From NCBI GenBank assembly GCA_965116885.1, contig OZ220741.1:5056001-5120000 (forward strand): a stretch of 64,000 bases of DNA, written 5' to 3'. The notes below the pieces were generated by a model. The model saw only the letters and a list, made by a program, of their open reading frames with translations. It was not told the DNA's origin and did not search any database. Both the position numbers and the translations under genes were made by a program. Numbering within the stretch: position 1 is the stretch's first letter; every line of letters starts with the position of its first letter. Positions 10,001 to 18,654 of the stretch are shown one piece after another. The DNA comes from Candidatus Latescibacterota bacterium. Lineage in GTDB: Bacteria; Latescibacterota; UBA2968.

Positions 10001-13000
10001 CCAGTCCAATAGCGGCCAACTTACAACCCGGTCTGGCCAGACGTATGACTACGAAACAAAGGACCGCTATTCGGTAACCGTGCGGGCACAGGACGGCAAA
10101 GGCGGCAGTGCGACCATCGCCGTGACCATTGCCCTCACCGATGAGAACGAACCCCCTGGCAGACCTGCTGCACCCACAGTCACAGCCTCATCGAATAGCC
10201 TGAGCCTGCGCTGGACAGCACCGGGGAATACAGGTCCTGCCATCAGCGACTACGATATACAGTACAGGGCGACAGGCGGCAGCTTCACCGACTGGACCCA
10301 TACTGGCACAAACACGAACACAACAATCACGGGATTGACGGCTAATACCAGTTACGAGGTACAGGTTCGAGCAATCAACGACGAAGGCACAGGCGACTGG
10401 TCACCATCGGGCAGTGGGACGACCAGTAGTACTGATGCGAATAATCCCGATCTGATTGTCGAATCACCATCCGTCGATAATAACACCCTGTCACCCGAGC
10501 AATCCTTCAGGCTCAGAGCGACTGTTCGCAATCGGGGTGGGGAGCGGTCTTCCTCTACGACATTGCGCTATTATCTGTCAACCGACAATACGATCTCGAC
10601 AAGTGATACAGAAGTGGGTACGGACTACGTGAGCCGCCTTAATGCTTCTGCAAGCAGTGATGAGTCTGTTCGTTTGAACGCCCCGTCGAGTGAGGGCACA
10701 TATTACTATGGTGCCTGTGTCGAAAGCGTCAGCGGGGAGAGCGACACGGGTAACAATTGCTCCAGTGCTGTCACCGTTACTGTTATTGGCTCTGACTTAA
10801 TCGTCGAATCGCCTACAGTCAGCAATAGCAGTCCGGGACCAGGTGCATCCTTCAGGTTGAGTGCAACTGTTCGCAATCAGGGTGGCGGTCAATCTTCCTC
10901 TACGACATTGCGCTATTATCTGTCAACCGATGCGACTATCACGACAGGTGATACAGAAATAGATACGGACTACGTTACCTCTCTTGATCCTTCTGAAACC
11001 AGTGACGAGTTGGTTTTCTTGTCAGCCCCGTCAAGTGCTGGCAGATATTACTACGGCGCCTGTGTCGAAGCAGTCACTGGCGAATCCAACACAGGTAACA
11101 ACTGCTCCAGTGCTGTCATCGTGACCGTGAGAAGCGCCCCTCCTCCACCCGCACCCAATCAGCCCCCAGTGTTCAGCGAGGGAACAAGCACCACACGCAG
11201 CATAGCTGAGAACACAGGCGCAGGGCAGAACATTGGAAATCCGGTCAGCGCGACAGATGGCGACAACGACCGCCTCACCTACAGCCTCCAGGGCAGGGAT
11301 GCCTCTGCATTTACCATCGTCTCAGGCAGTGGTCAACTCAAGACCCGGTCAGGTGTGACGTATGACTATGAGACGAAGGATACCTATTCGGTAACCGTGC
11401 GAGTACAGGACGGCGAAGGTGGCAGTGCAACCATTACCGTGACCATCACCCTCACCGATGAGAATGAACCGCCAGATAGACCAGATGCACCTGTAGTCAC
11501 GGCCTCGACCTTAAACAGCTTGAGCCTGCGCTGGACAGCACCGGCAAACCCCGGTCCTGCCATCAGCGACTACGACGTGCAATACAGAGAAGCAGGCGGC
11601 AACTTCACCGATTGGCCCCATACCGGGACTGGCACGACGACGACAATCACAGGCTTGACCGCAAACACCCGTTATGAGGTACAGGTGCGAGCACGCAATG
11701 CACAGGGCGTGAGCAACTGGTCGCCATCAGTTACCGGGACAACCATAGCCAATCAGTCTCCAGTGTTCAGTGAGGGAACAAGCACGACCCGCAGCATAGC
11801 CGAAAACACAGGCGCAGGGCAGAACATCGGAAATCCTGTCAGTGCGACAGATGGCGATAGCGACCCGATCACATATAGCCTCCAGGGTAGGGACGCCTCT
11901 GCATTTACCATTCAGTCAAATAGTGGTCAACTCAGTACCCAATCAGGTCAGACATATAACTATGAGACAAAGGATACCTATTCGGTAACCGTGCGAGCAC
12001 AGGACGGCAAAGGCGGCAGTGCGACCATCGCCGTGACCATCACCCTCACCGATGAGAACGAACCCCCGGGCAGACCTGCTGCACCCACAGTAACGGCCTC
12101 GTCGAATAGCCTGAGCGTGCGCTGGACAGCGCCGACTAACTCCGGGCCTGCGATCAGCGACTACGACGTGCAGTACAGAGCGACAGGAGGTAGCTTCACC
12201 GATTGGTCCCATATTGGGCCGGGTCTGAGCACGACCATTACGGGTTTGATGTCTGAGACCACTTACGAGGTACAGGTGCGAGCGACCAATGACGAAGGCA
12301 CGAGCGGCTGGTCGCCATCGGGTAATGGCACGACCAGTCGTCCCGCGCCCGGCTTTGCCCCGGTGGATCAGAATGCATTCAATACATTTGTTACAGACAA
12401 AATCCTATCCGTAGAATCCTATTATATCGAATTCTTGTCTGCTGGCCGCTTTGAGGAAAACAATGCATATCCGGGAAGCTATACATTTTCAAATACTGGC
12501 TCGAATACTGGCATACTTACGCAAAACTATGATGGGGGGCAGTTGGGTGGTACCTGTACAATCGAAATGACCTTCTCTTCAACAACCACAGGTACTTTAC
12601 GCGCCAAATGTGGTAGCGAGCAAAACTACGATTCATCCCAGGCGTGGCAGCTTTCCGACCCGCCCGATCCCAACGCCTTTAATATCGAAGTCATCTGGGT
12701 CGGCAGCGAGCCATCTGCAGCTCATCAGGCAGCCTTCAATGCCGCAGTTACGCGTTGGGAGAGCATTATCACGAGCGACATCCCCGATGTTTTTGTCAGT
12801 TCAGATGAGGGGGGTACGATAGACGGCGTTAAGGTCTTCGGCCTTGTAGATGACCTGAGAATCTACGCACGTCTCACTAATATTGACGGCCCAGGTGAAA
12901 CTCTGGGGAGTGCTGGTCCTCGAGAAACGCGCCAGCAATCAAAATTGCCGATTGTAGCACAAATGAAATTTGACACGTCTGACTTGGGCGATTTTACGCT

Positions 13001-13562
13001 TGAAGCTCTGCAAGATCTCTATCTGCATGAGATGGGTCATTGTTTGGGAATCGGTACTGCGTGGAAACCCCTCGGCTTGTTAAAAGATCCGTCAATTAAA
13101 TTCCAATTTTTTATTATTCCCATATTAGTGGATGGTGCCGATACGCATTTCGCGGGAGCACAGGCGATTGAGGCGTTCAATGACGCAGGCGGCACGGGCT
13201 ACGAGGATGGAAAAGTACCTGTGGAAAATGAGAAAGGCGGATTGGGTACACGAGACGGTCATTGGCGGCAGTCTGTGTTTGGCCCCAACGAACTCATGGA
13301 GGGATTCCTTTCTCCCAGTTCTACAATGCGCGATCCGTTGAGCGCGATCACGATTCAGTCTCTGGCCGATCTGGGCTACATCGTCGATGTCACCCAAGCT
13401 GACGCGTACACACTACCCTCACCTATCGCTGCTAAATTGGCGATAGCATCTAAGCATCAGGTCCCGATTAACTGCCTCCTGACAGAACCCATCGGTGAGA
13501 TCGATGAATACAAACAGATCGAGTTGAAGCCCAGGCGCTTGAATATCCTTGATAATCAATAA
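7029..13562 (+). CDS. Giant secreted multidomain protein: dockerin-like EF-hands, 2 Ig-like repeats, 5 CARDB-like, 4 cadherin-like, 4 FN3 domains, C-terminal leishmanolysin-like (M8) metallopeptidase
   Basis: DLIVESP...ATVRNQG x5; NQxPVF...RSIAEN...YDYETK x4; LRWTAP...YDVQYR...YEVQVRA x4; HEMGHCLGIG, GHWR, NELM, LSAITIQSLADLGY. Start set at ATG 7029. Confidence 0.88.
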   Translation: MKPPVKFLSFVLGITSLLSLIFLIYPRSLSPQTSSVATETSAPPSLDFDGSGILDFPDFLMFVSAFGSEENQDKYDSKYDLNSDGKIAFEDFLILTDNFGKNVVAKPSPTSSDQNARTTQSMAENTGTTGATLPVTALEESVVASTPQPLTEATLDGSVVTLTLSGATYERSSFDVQDHVKVSGIAGVTFDSFFDVDRVSDTVVTVELTFNGNMTTNGTLTFTVETGAIANYSGSALTTTLSVTALQESVVASTPQPLTEATLDGSVVTLTLTGRSYERSVFDISDAVKVSGIAGVTFDGFFDVDRVSDTVVTVELTFNGNMTTNGTLTFTVEADAIAGYNGPALTATLPVTAGPGNGGQPPPQPPPQPPPQPPPQPPPGGGTPTGSPDLIVESPSADNNTLSPEQSFRLSATVRNQGGERSSSTTLRYYLSTDMTITTGDTEVETDYVSRLDASAISDESARLTAPSSEGTYYYGACVDAVSGESNTGNNCSSAITVTVSGSDLIVESPAVSDSSPGPGASFTLSATVRNQGGGAASSTTLRYYLSTDATITAGDTEVETDYVTSLDPSETSDERAYLDAPSSEGTYYYGACVESVTGESDTDNNCSSAVTVTVSGSDLIVESPTVSESNPKAGASFRLYATVRNQGGSRSSPTTLRYYLSTDVTINTNDQEVETDYVSYLVPSETSEESAYLNAPSSAGTYYYGACVEAVTGESDTGNNCSSAVTITVGGTAPPPTPNQPPVFTEGTSTTRSIAENTGAGQNIGNPISATDGDNDRLTYSLEGADARAFTIISGSGQLRTRSGVTYDYETKNSYSVTVRVQDGEGGSATIAVTITLTDESETPSRPDAPTVTASTLNSLSLRWTAPTNSGSALNDYDVQYRATGGSFTDWPHTGTSTNTTITGLTANTRYEIQVRARNAQGVSNWSPSATGTTTANQSPVFSEGTSTTRSIAENTSAGQNIGNPISATDSDNDQITYSLEGRDASAFTIQSNSGQLTTRSGQTYDYETKDRYSVTVRAQDGKGGSATIAVTIALTDENEPPGRPAAPTVTASSNSLSLRWTAPGNTGPAISDYDIQYRATGGSFTDWTHTGTNTNTTITGLTANTSYEVQVRAINDEGTGDWSPSGSGTTSSTDANNPDLIVESPSVDNNTLSPEQSFRLRATVRNRGGERSSSTTLRYYLSTDNTISTSDTEVGTDYVSRLNASASSDESVRLNAPSSEGTYYYGACVESVSGESDTGNNCSSAVTVTVIGSDLIVESPTVSNSSPGPGASFRLSATVRNQGGGQSSSTTLRYYLSTDATITTGDTEIDTDYVTSLDPSETSDELVFLSAPSSAGRYYYGACVEAVTGESNTGNNCSSAVIVTVRSAPPPPAPNQPPVFSEGTSTTRSIAENTGAGQNIGNPVSATDGDNDRLTYSLQGRDASAFTIVSGSGQLKTRSGVTYDYETKDTYSVTVRVQDGEGGSATITVTITLTDENEPPDRPDAPVVTASTLNSLSLRWTAPANPGPAISDYDVQYREAGGNFTDWPHTGTGTTTTITGLTANTRYEVQVRARNAQGVSNWSPSVTGTTIANQSPVFSEGTSTTRSIAENTGAGQNIGNPVSATDGDSDPITYSLQGRDASAFTIQSNSGQLSTQSGQTYNYETKDTYSVTVRAQDGKGGSATIAVTITLTDENEPPGRPAAPTVTASSNSLSVRWTAPTNSGPAISDYDVQYRATGGSFTDWSHIGPGLSTTITGLMSETTYEVQVRATNDEGTSGWSPSGNGTTSRPAPGFAPVDQNAFNTFVTDKILSVESYYIEFLSAGRFEENNAYPGSYTFSNTGSNTGILTQNYDGGQLGGTCTIEMTFSSTTTGTLRAKCGSEQNYDSSQAWQLSDPPDPNAFNIEVIWVGSEPSAAHQAAFNAAVTRWESIITSDIPDVFVSSDEGGTIDGVKVFGLVDDLRIYARLTNIDGPGETLGSAGPRETRQQSKLPIVAQMKFDTSDLGDFTLEALQDLYLHEMGHCLGIGTAWKPLGLLKDPSIKFQFFIIPILVDGADTHFAGAQAIEAFNDAGGTGYEDGKVPVENEKGGLGTRDGHWRQSVFGPNELMEGFLSPSSTMRDPLSAITIQSLADLGYIVDVTQADAYTLPSPIAAKLAIASKHQVPINCLLTEPIGEIDEYKQIELKPRRLNILDNQ
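8106..8165 (+). repeat. 12 bp tandem repeat x5 encoding (QPPP)5 linker
   Basis: ca(a/g)ccaccgcc(g/a)-type units in frame. Confidence 0.9.
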
Positions 13563-13626
13563 CACTCAACTTTCAGCAGCGGTCGGAAGTGGCAGCGGTG
13601 TTTGGATCTAAAATACTTTGGACAGA

Positions 13627-13824
13627 ATGCCGAGCAAATACCGCAGCTTGGAACAGACCGTGCGCGAGGGCCTCGAACAGACCCATGCCTACATGAATCG
13701 CTACGCCGCAACAGAAGGCTACCTCGTCATCTATGACCGCAGCGCGGGCGTGTCGTGGGACGAGAAGATATTCCGCAAATAGGAAAACGTAGGAGATGCG
13801 AAAATCACTGTGTGGGGAATGTGA
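13627..13824 (+). pseudogene. C-terminal remnant of an AAA-ATPase / PD-(D/E)XK-type protein
   Basis: Manual translation SLEQTVREGLEQTHAYMNRYAATEGYLVIYDRSAGVSWDEKIFRK*ENVGDAKITVWGM* with in-frame TAG at 13780-13782; the ITVWGM terminus is typical of this family (from recall). Confidence 0.65.
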
Positions 13825-13864
13825 AGGGAGAAGTGAAACGCAACAATGACAAGGAAATAAATCC

Positions 13865-15214
13865 ATGAAAAATCTCATTCTTAATTCCCTCGTTTTCATA
13901 TTGGTTAATCTTATTTCTTTTTCAGCGACCACCGCTGACACTGGGCAATCGGTTGCCCAAACCGCAAATCACAATGTAATGCTAACGGTTGGGTACGTCG
14001 AAAGAGATCGGGTAACTTTTGCATCTCTTACTCCAACTATAGACATCAAATTAAGAGAAAGTGAATCCCTTAAGTATTACGAAGTAATTATATGGGAGGA
14101 GACTTCCTCGGTACACTTCTATGAATTCCCCAATGATTTCAATTCTCAGTATGGATACGATATTACCTCTGTAGATGAAGACGGATTTCCTGTCGGGTTA
14201 CGCCGAAATAATATAACTGATCAGCAAAAAATCGTTTATCGGGAGCAGTTTTTGATCAGCAAATATACAGATATGCCCAAAGCCTGGACCAATGAGAGAA
14301 GCTCCTTCATGAAATCAGCGTTTATGGATATCGCATCCTATTTGGTGAATCGACATCCTGAGTCGGAACATCATTTGAAATTTCGCGGACACGGAGGGCC
14401 AGGAGGCAGGCTTTTTAGCGGTCATTTGGGAAAAACCCATGCTTATGAATTCTTGCAATTCTGGAGCAATTCATTAGGAAAACCATTGGGTGTTATTGAC
14501 ATGGGTGGCCCCTGCAATAAAGGCAGTTTCGCAGACCTTGATAATTTCTGTGAGTCTGCAAGATACTATATTGCTTCGGATTTGCTCAATGGGGGATATT
14601 CAATGGATGAATTCACCTGGGCGAAGCGTGAAGAAGTTTGGCCGCTAACGCAATATCACGATCTATTTTCCGCTAACGTAAATCTCGAAGAGACATTAAA
14701 AGGTCGTATCGACTTAAAGAGAAAATCGTACAAATATTCAAGAAACAATATGATAACCAATCAAGTTGCTCAAGCGAATTATCTCTATTCGTGTGCTGAA
14801 TTCCGCAAATTTAGCCTTGACTTCAAATTATTTCTCAGCCGTGTACGCGTTGATTATCATATATACAATGACTTATATCAGTATATGATTGATAACAATG
14901 CTCCGCCAACTCTTATAGAACAGTTTAACAATGTAATTGTGTATAAGGCTGACAATAGAGATTTTTTTGAGTGGAGCAAAATCCGCAATGGAATCCTAAT
15001 GCCCGATCCAGGACTTCTCGTTCTGCCGCCCTCTTCGGACTTTGACGGCGATGGCATTGTTGGGATTCCCGACTTTTTGCAGTTTGTAGATCATTTCGGG
15101 TTAAGTCGAGGTGATGTGGGATATGATGCGCAGTACGATCTGGATGGGGATCACACGATTGGCATTCCTGATTTTCTGATCTTTGTTAATGCCTTTGGCA
15201 AAGAAGGGGCATAG
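13865..15214 (+). CDS. Secreted protein with clostripain-like (clan CD, C11) peptidase domain and C-terminal dockerin-like EF-hand pair
   Basis: Signal peptide; LKFRGHGG (His), VIDMGGPC (Cys), YYIASD; DFDGDGIVGIPDF / DLDGDHTIGIPDF. Confidence 0.65.
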   Translation: MKNLILNSLVFILVNLISFSATTADTGQSVAQTANHNVMLTVGYVERDRVTFASLTPTIDIKLRESESLKYYEVIIWEETSSVHFYEFPNDFNSQYGYDITSVDEDGFPVGLRRNNITDQQKIVYREQFLISKYTDMPKAWTNERSSFMKSAFMDIASYLVNRHPESEHHLKFRGHGGPGGRLFSGHLGKTHAYEFLQFWSNSLGKPLGVIDMGGPCNKGSFADLDNFCESARYYIASDLLNGGYSMDEFTWAKREEVWPLTQYHDLFSANVNLEETLKGRIDLKRKSYKYSRNNMITNQVAQANYLYSCAEFRKFSLDFKLFLSRVRVDYHIYNDLYQYMIDNNAPPTLIEQFNNVIVYKADNRDFFEWSKIRNGILMPDPGLLVLPPSSDFDGDGIVGIPDFLQFVDHFGLSRGDVGYDAQYDLDGDHTIGIPDFLIFVNAFGKEGA

Positions 15215-15425
15215 AAGATATGCGCTATGATTTGCGCTCCCTATTTGACAAAGTCGCAGTCTGAAATTGCTGTCAGTTTGATACAAAGGAGGATGCCTGA
15301 GCGGGTACCTGCGGTCACCAACAAGGGGGGTGATCTCTGTATTTTTGTATAGTATTTCTACTTTATATCACATAATTTGAGTTATATAAGTCCTTGCAAA
15401 ACAACGCTCGCCAACTCGCGTCTGC

Positions 15426-15468
15426 TTCCCACGCCTAAAGGCTGGGGGTTTTACGCGCTATTTGATAA
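15426..15468 (+). mobile_element. Isolated IS200/IS605-family end-like hairpin, no transposase
   Basis: ttcccacgcctaaaggctgggggttttacgcgctatttgataa: CCCA-GCC-TAAA-GGC-TGGG hairpin then GGTTTTACG...GATAA, resembling IS605-group subterminal sequence. Confidence 0.45.
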
Positions 15469-15486
15469 TTTTTTGAGAATTGGTTG

Positions 15487-16926
15487 ATGCGCTCATTTTT
15501 ACTTTCTCTTCCTTTGTGTGTCTTTTTGTTTTGCCTCCCGAAAAACGCGCATACTTCAACTTCGGAGGCTAAAATTGATAGTCTTTACAAACACGACCCC
15601 TACGATATATCGCAAGCCGGAGTTACCGACAGTACGGATGTCTATGTTACAAAAACTTCAAAAGTGAAATATCTCTTGCGATCCCCCCGGTATATCTTGC
15701 TGACGATGGTCTATCCTTTGGAGAAATTCGCCCTTCAAGTAGAGTACGCAAAACTGTGGATTCGCTACTATAAATTTTTCACCAATAAAACGGGTACATT
15801 TGGTCTTTTTCCGCACGGGCAATTGGGAGGAGAAACGGGTACAGGGATTGGAGCGCGTCTTTTTCATACCAATATCCTGGGGCGCAAAAACGCATTGACT
15901 GCACACTATATCTATTCGGGTGAGCAGGGACAATTTTGCGAGGGTCTGTATATTGACCCCGATCTATTGGATACGGGGCTTATTTGGAAAATTCAGGGCG
16001 GATATTTGCAAACCAAAAATAGAAATGCCAATATAAACGGCGCAATAGATGACGACGAATCGAGGCTTTTTGAACTCAAAAAAGTTGATGTTGAGACCTC
16101 TATTGAATGGCGTTTGAAAACGGATGAGACCGCGTCTATAGTGCCGCAGTTTAAAATGGTGGGCAGGATTGGGTTTTCGCAGCGCAATTTTATGCCTGTC
16201 TTGGGTGGATTGCAACCGCTTTCCGCCCCGGGATCATCACCACAGGCACGCCTGCTTAAGGGGTTGGGCACAAAATTCAAATTTTATCGCATTGGTCTTC
16301 AGGTGATGTATGATGACCGCGATTATAAAAAACCAGTTTGCCAGCTTTCACATCCTCCCAATTATCGATTTCCAGGCAGGATGGTTACACAACTTGGAGA
16401 TCAGTTTTATTTTGCGCGAGATATTGGCTTTCCTGAACGCGGTGGGTTTATCACTTTAGAAGGTGACTGGGTGACAGGCCCTGATCGCATTGCGTTCTAC
16501 AAGATACGCGCAGAAGCTGCCCGTTATATCACACTGTTCTGGAAGAACCGAATTCTGGTTCTGCACGCACGGGTAGATAAAGTGCGGTCAGTAGGGGATG
16601 GGTTTGTTCCTTATACCGAGTTGATTCAATTGGGCGGGAATGAATCGGCACGCGGATACACGCGCGGTTATTTTCGCGGACAGGGTGCATTGCAATTTAA
16701 TGTGGAGTATCGATACCCAATATGGGATTATTCGAATGTATTTTTGTTTTGGGATGAAGGGCAAATTTTCGATCATTTTGGCGATTTGAGGTGGGGAGGG
16801 TTCCATTCTTCGTGGGGCGGTGGCATTGCATTTCGCACGGAGACCGATTTGCTCGGCAAAATCAAAATTGGACATAGTACTGCCAATCGTTTCCTCATCG
16901 GATTTACGATGAGCCAGGCATTTTAG
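15487..16926 (+). CDS. Omp85/BamA-TamA family outer-membrane beta-barrel, no obvious passenger
   Basis: Signal peptide; LGGNESARGYTRGYFRG loop-6 motif, NVEYRYPI, FWDEGQ, terminal Phe. Confidence 0.8.
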   Translation: MRSFLLSLPLCVFLFCLPKNAHTSTSEAKIDSLYKHDPYDISQAGVTDSTDVYVTKTSKVKYLLRSPRYILLTMVYPLEKFALQVEYAKLWIRYYKFFTNKTGTFGLFPHGQLGGETGTGIGARLFHTNILGRKNALTAHYIYSGEQGQFCEGLYIDPDLLDTGLIWKIQGGYLQTKNRNANINGAIDDDESRLFELKKVDVETSIEWRLKTDETASIVPQFKMVGRIGFSQRNFMPVLGGLQPLSAPGSSPQARLLKGLGTKFKFYRIGLQVMYDDRDYKKPVCQLSHPPNYRFPGRMVTQLGDQFYFARDIGFPERGGFITLEGDWVTGPDRIAFYKIRAEAARYITLFWKNRILVLHARVDKVRSVGDGFVPYTELIQLGGNESARGYTRGYFRGQGALQFNVEYRYPIWDYSNVFLFWDEGQIFDHFGDLRWGGFHSSWGGGIAFRTETDLLGKIKIGHSTANRFLIGFTMSQAF

Positions 16927-16949
16927 AAGGCGCAGGGAAGATATTCTTT

Positions 16950-18626
16950 ATGAAAAAGAATTTAAATAAATTGTTATGGGTGCTTATGGCCTGTGTTGCT
17001 GCCGAGGCTGAAGCGATCGACCGCCATTTATCAACTGCGCCAATCAAGTGGTTTGATCCCGATAATCGCAGCATTGCTCAACCCAAAGTAATTAAAAGGA
17101 ATCTGATATGGGACATGGTCGATCACTCTTTTGTTTATCCAATGACTAAGAAACTGGATTTGGGACGGAGTGCGCGGCGGGTCGGGAATATTCTGAATAT
17201 TGCGCCAACTCGTCAGGCAGATAATATCAATGTGCTGGATGAAGTACCCAATTCATCGTGGTACACGAATCGGCATTTTCTCGTGCGGATGGATGCTGCG
17301 GCGTTGGCCAAAGGACCGGGACACGCGCATCCAGATACGAGCGGTTCATGGGAAATTATATCGGGAAATTTTGAGGGCCAGACGCCTGAGTTTACAATTC
17401 GGGACGCAAAAGAGGATGTTTATTTTTTGAAGTTTGACGCCAAAGATTATGAAGAACTGGCGACAACTGCCGAGGTTGTATCGACAAAAATTCTGTACGC
17501 CGCGGGCTATCATGTGCCGCAAAATTCCGTTGTTTTTTTTCGCGCCGAATGGCTTACCATCGGTCCTGAGGCGGAGGTGACTGATGATGAGGGAAGCCGC
17601 AGGCCCATGACAGATGCAGACTTGCAAAATGTACTGTCTTCTATTGAAAAGCAAGCTAACGGGCATATCCGGTGCCTGGCAAGCAAGAGACCAACGGGTA
17701 TTCCTCTCGGTGTTTTTGATTTTCACAGTCGGCGGAAAGACGATCCCAATGATCGCGTGAAACACCAGCATCGGAGGGAGTTACGGGGGTTGCGAGCGAT
17801 CTCTTCGTGGATCAATGATGTAGATAGACGTGCAGCCAACACCCTGAATATGTTTGTGACTGATGAACAAGGCCGTCAATATATCAAACACTATTTGATC
17901 GATATGGACGCGACTTTGGGTAGCGGTTCGGTGCGGCCTCACACGCCCAGGTCGGGAAATGAGTATTTTGTCGATTTTCGCTATATTGTCCCATCAGTTT
18001 TGGGGCTGGGGCTGTATCGAAAGGCGTGGGAAGATGCAAAGCCCATACATTTTCCATCAATTGGTTATTTGGAGAGCGATGTATTTTCGCCCGGACGGTG
18101 GGCTACCAATTATCCCAATCCAGCTTTTCAGCGGTGTACAAATCGCGATGGATACTGGGGGGCAAAAATCGCAATGGCGTTTAGCGATGCGGATTTGGCA
18201 ACTATTGTGAAGACAGGGCATTTGAGCGACAAGAAGGCTGAAGAGAGGCTCATTCAACTTTTGATTGCACGCCGCGATAAGGTGGGCGATTACTGGTTTC
18301 GGCGCATAAATCCGCTGGATCGCTTTTGGATTGACAGACGAGGATTGCATTTTGAGGATCTGGCGATTGTGGGAAATCTGGCTACTGAAGCAGAGACCCG
18401 GTACTTTTATCAATTTTTGAGTCGCGATGGAAAGGCGCAGGGGGCTGTGCGCCAACTCGAGACGTCAGGGCACATACCCATACCACGCGATTTGCCAGAT
18501 GGACAATATTACGGGATAGAGATTCGGACCGTGAGGTCCGGATGGGCAGATAAGTACGTTCGGGTTTACTTTTTTGTTTGGAATGTCGGGCTATATCAGA
18601 TTGTACGGGTTGATCGGCAGGAGTAG
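16950..18626 (+). CDS. Secreted protein with atypical kinase-like (HipA/PI3-4K/CotH) fold
   Basis: Signal peptide; YFLKFD, AEVVSTKILYAAGYHVP, WINDVDRRAAN, YLIDMD in kinase-motif order. Confidence 0.6.
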   Translation: MKKNLNKLLWVLMACVAAEAEAIDRHLSTAPIKWFDPDNRSIAQPKVIKRNLIWDMVDHSFVYPMTKKLDLGRSARRVGNILNIAPTRQADNINVLDEVPNSSWYTNRHFLVRMDAAALAKGPGHAHPDTSGSWEIISGNFEGQTPEFTIRDAKEDVYFLKFDAKDYEELATTAEVVSTKILYAAGYHVPQNSVVFFRAEWLTIGPEAEVTDDEGSRRPMTDADLQNVLSSIEKQANGHIRCLASKRPTGIPLGVFDFHSRRKDDPNDRVKHQHRRELRGLRAISSWINDVDRRAANTLNMFVTDEQGRQYIKHYLIDMDATLGSGSVRPHTPRSGNEYFVDFRYIVPSVLGLGLYRKAWEDAKPIHFPSIGYLESDVFSPGRWATNYPNPAFQRCTNRDGYWGAKIAMAFSDADLATIVKTGHLSDKKAEERLIQLLIARRDKVGDYWFRRINPLDRFWIDRRGLHFEDLAIVGNLATEAETRYFYQFLSRDGKAQGAVRQLETSGHIPIPRDLPDGQYYGIEIRTVRSGWADKYVRVYFFVWNVGLYQIVRVDRQE

Positions 18627-18654
18627 TTTCAATTCTTTCAAAGCCGGAAATCAG

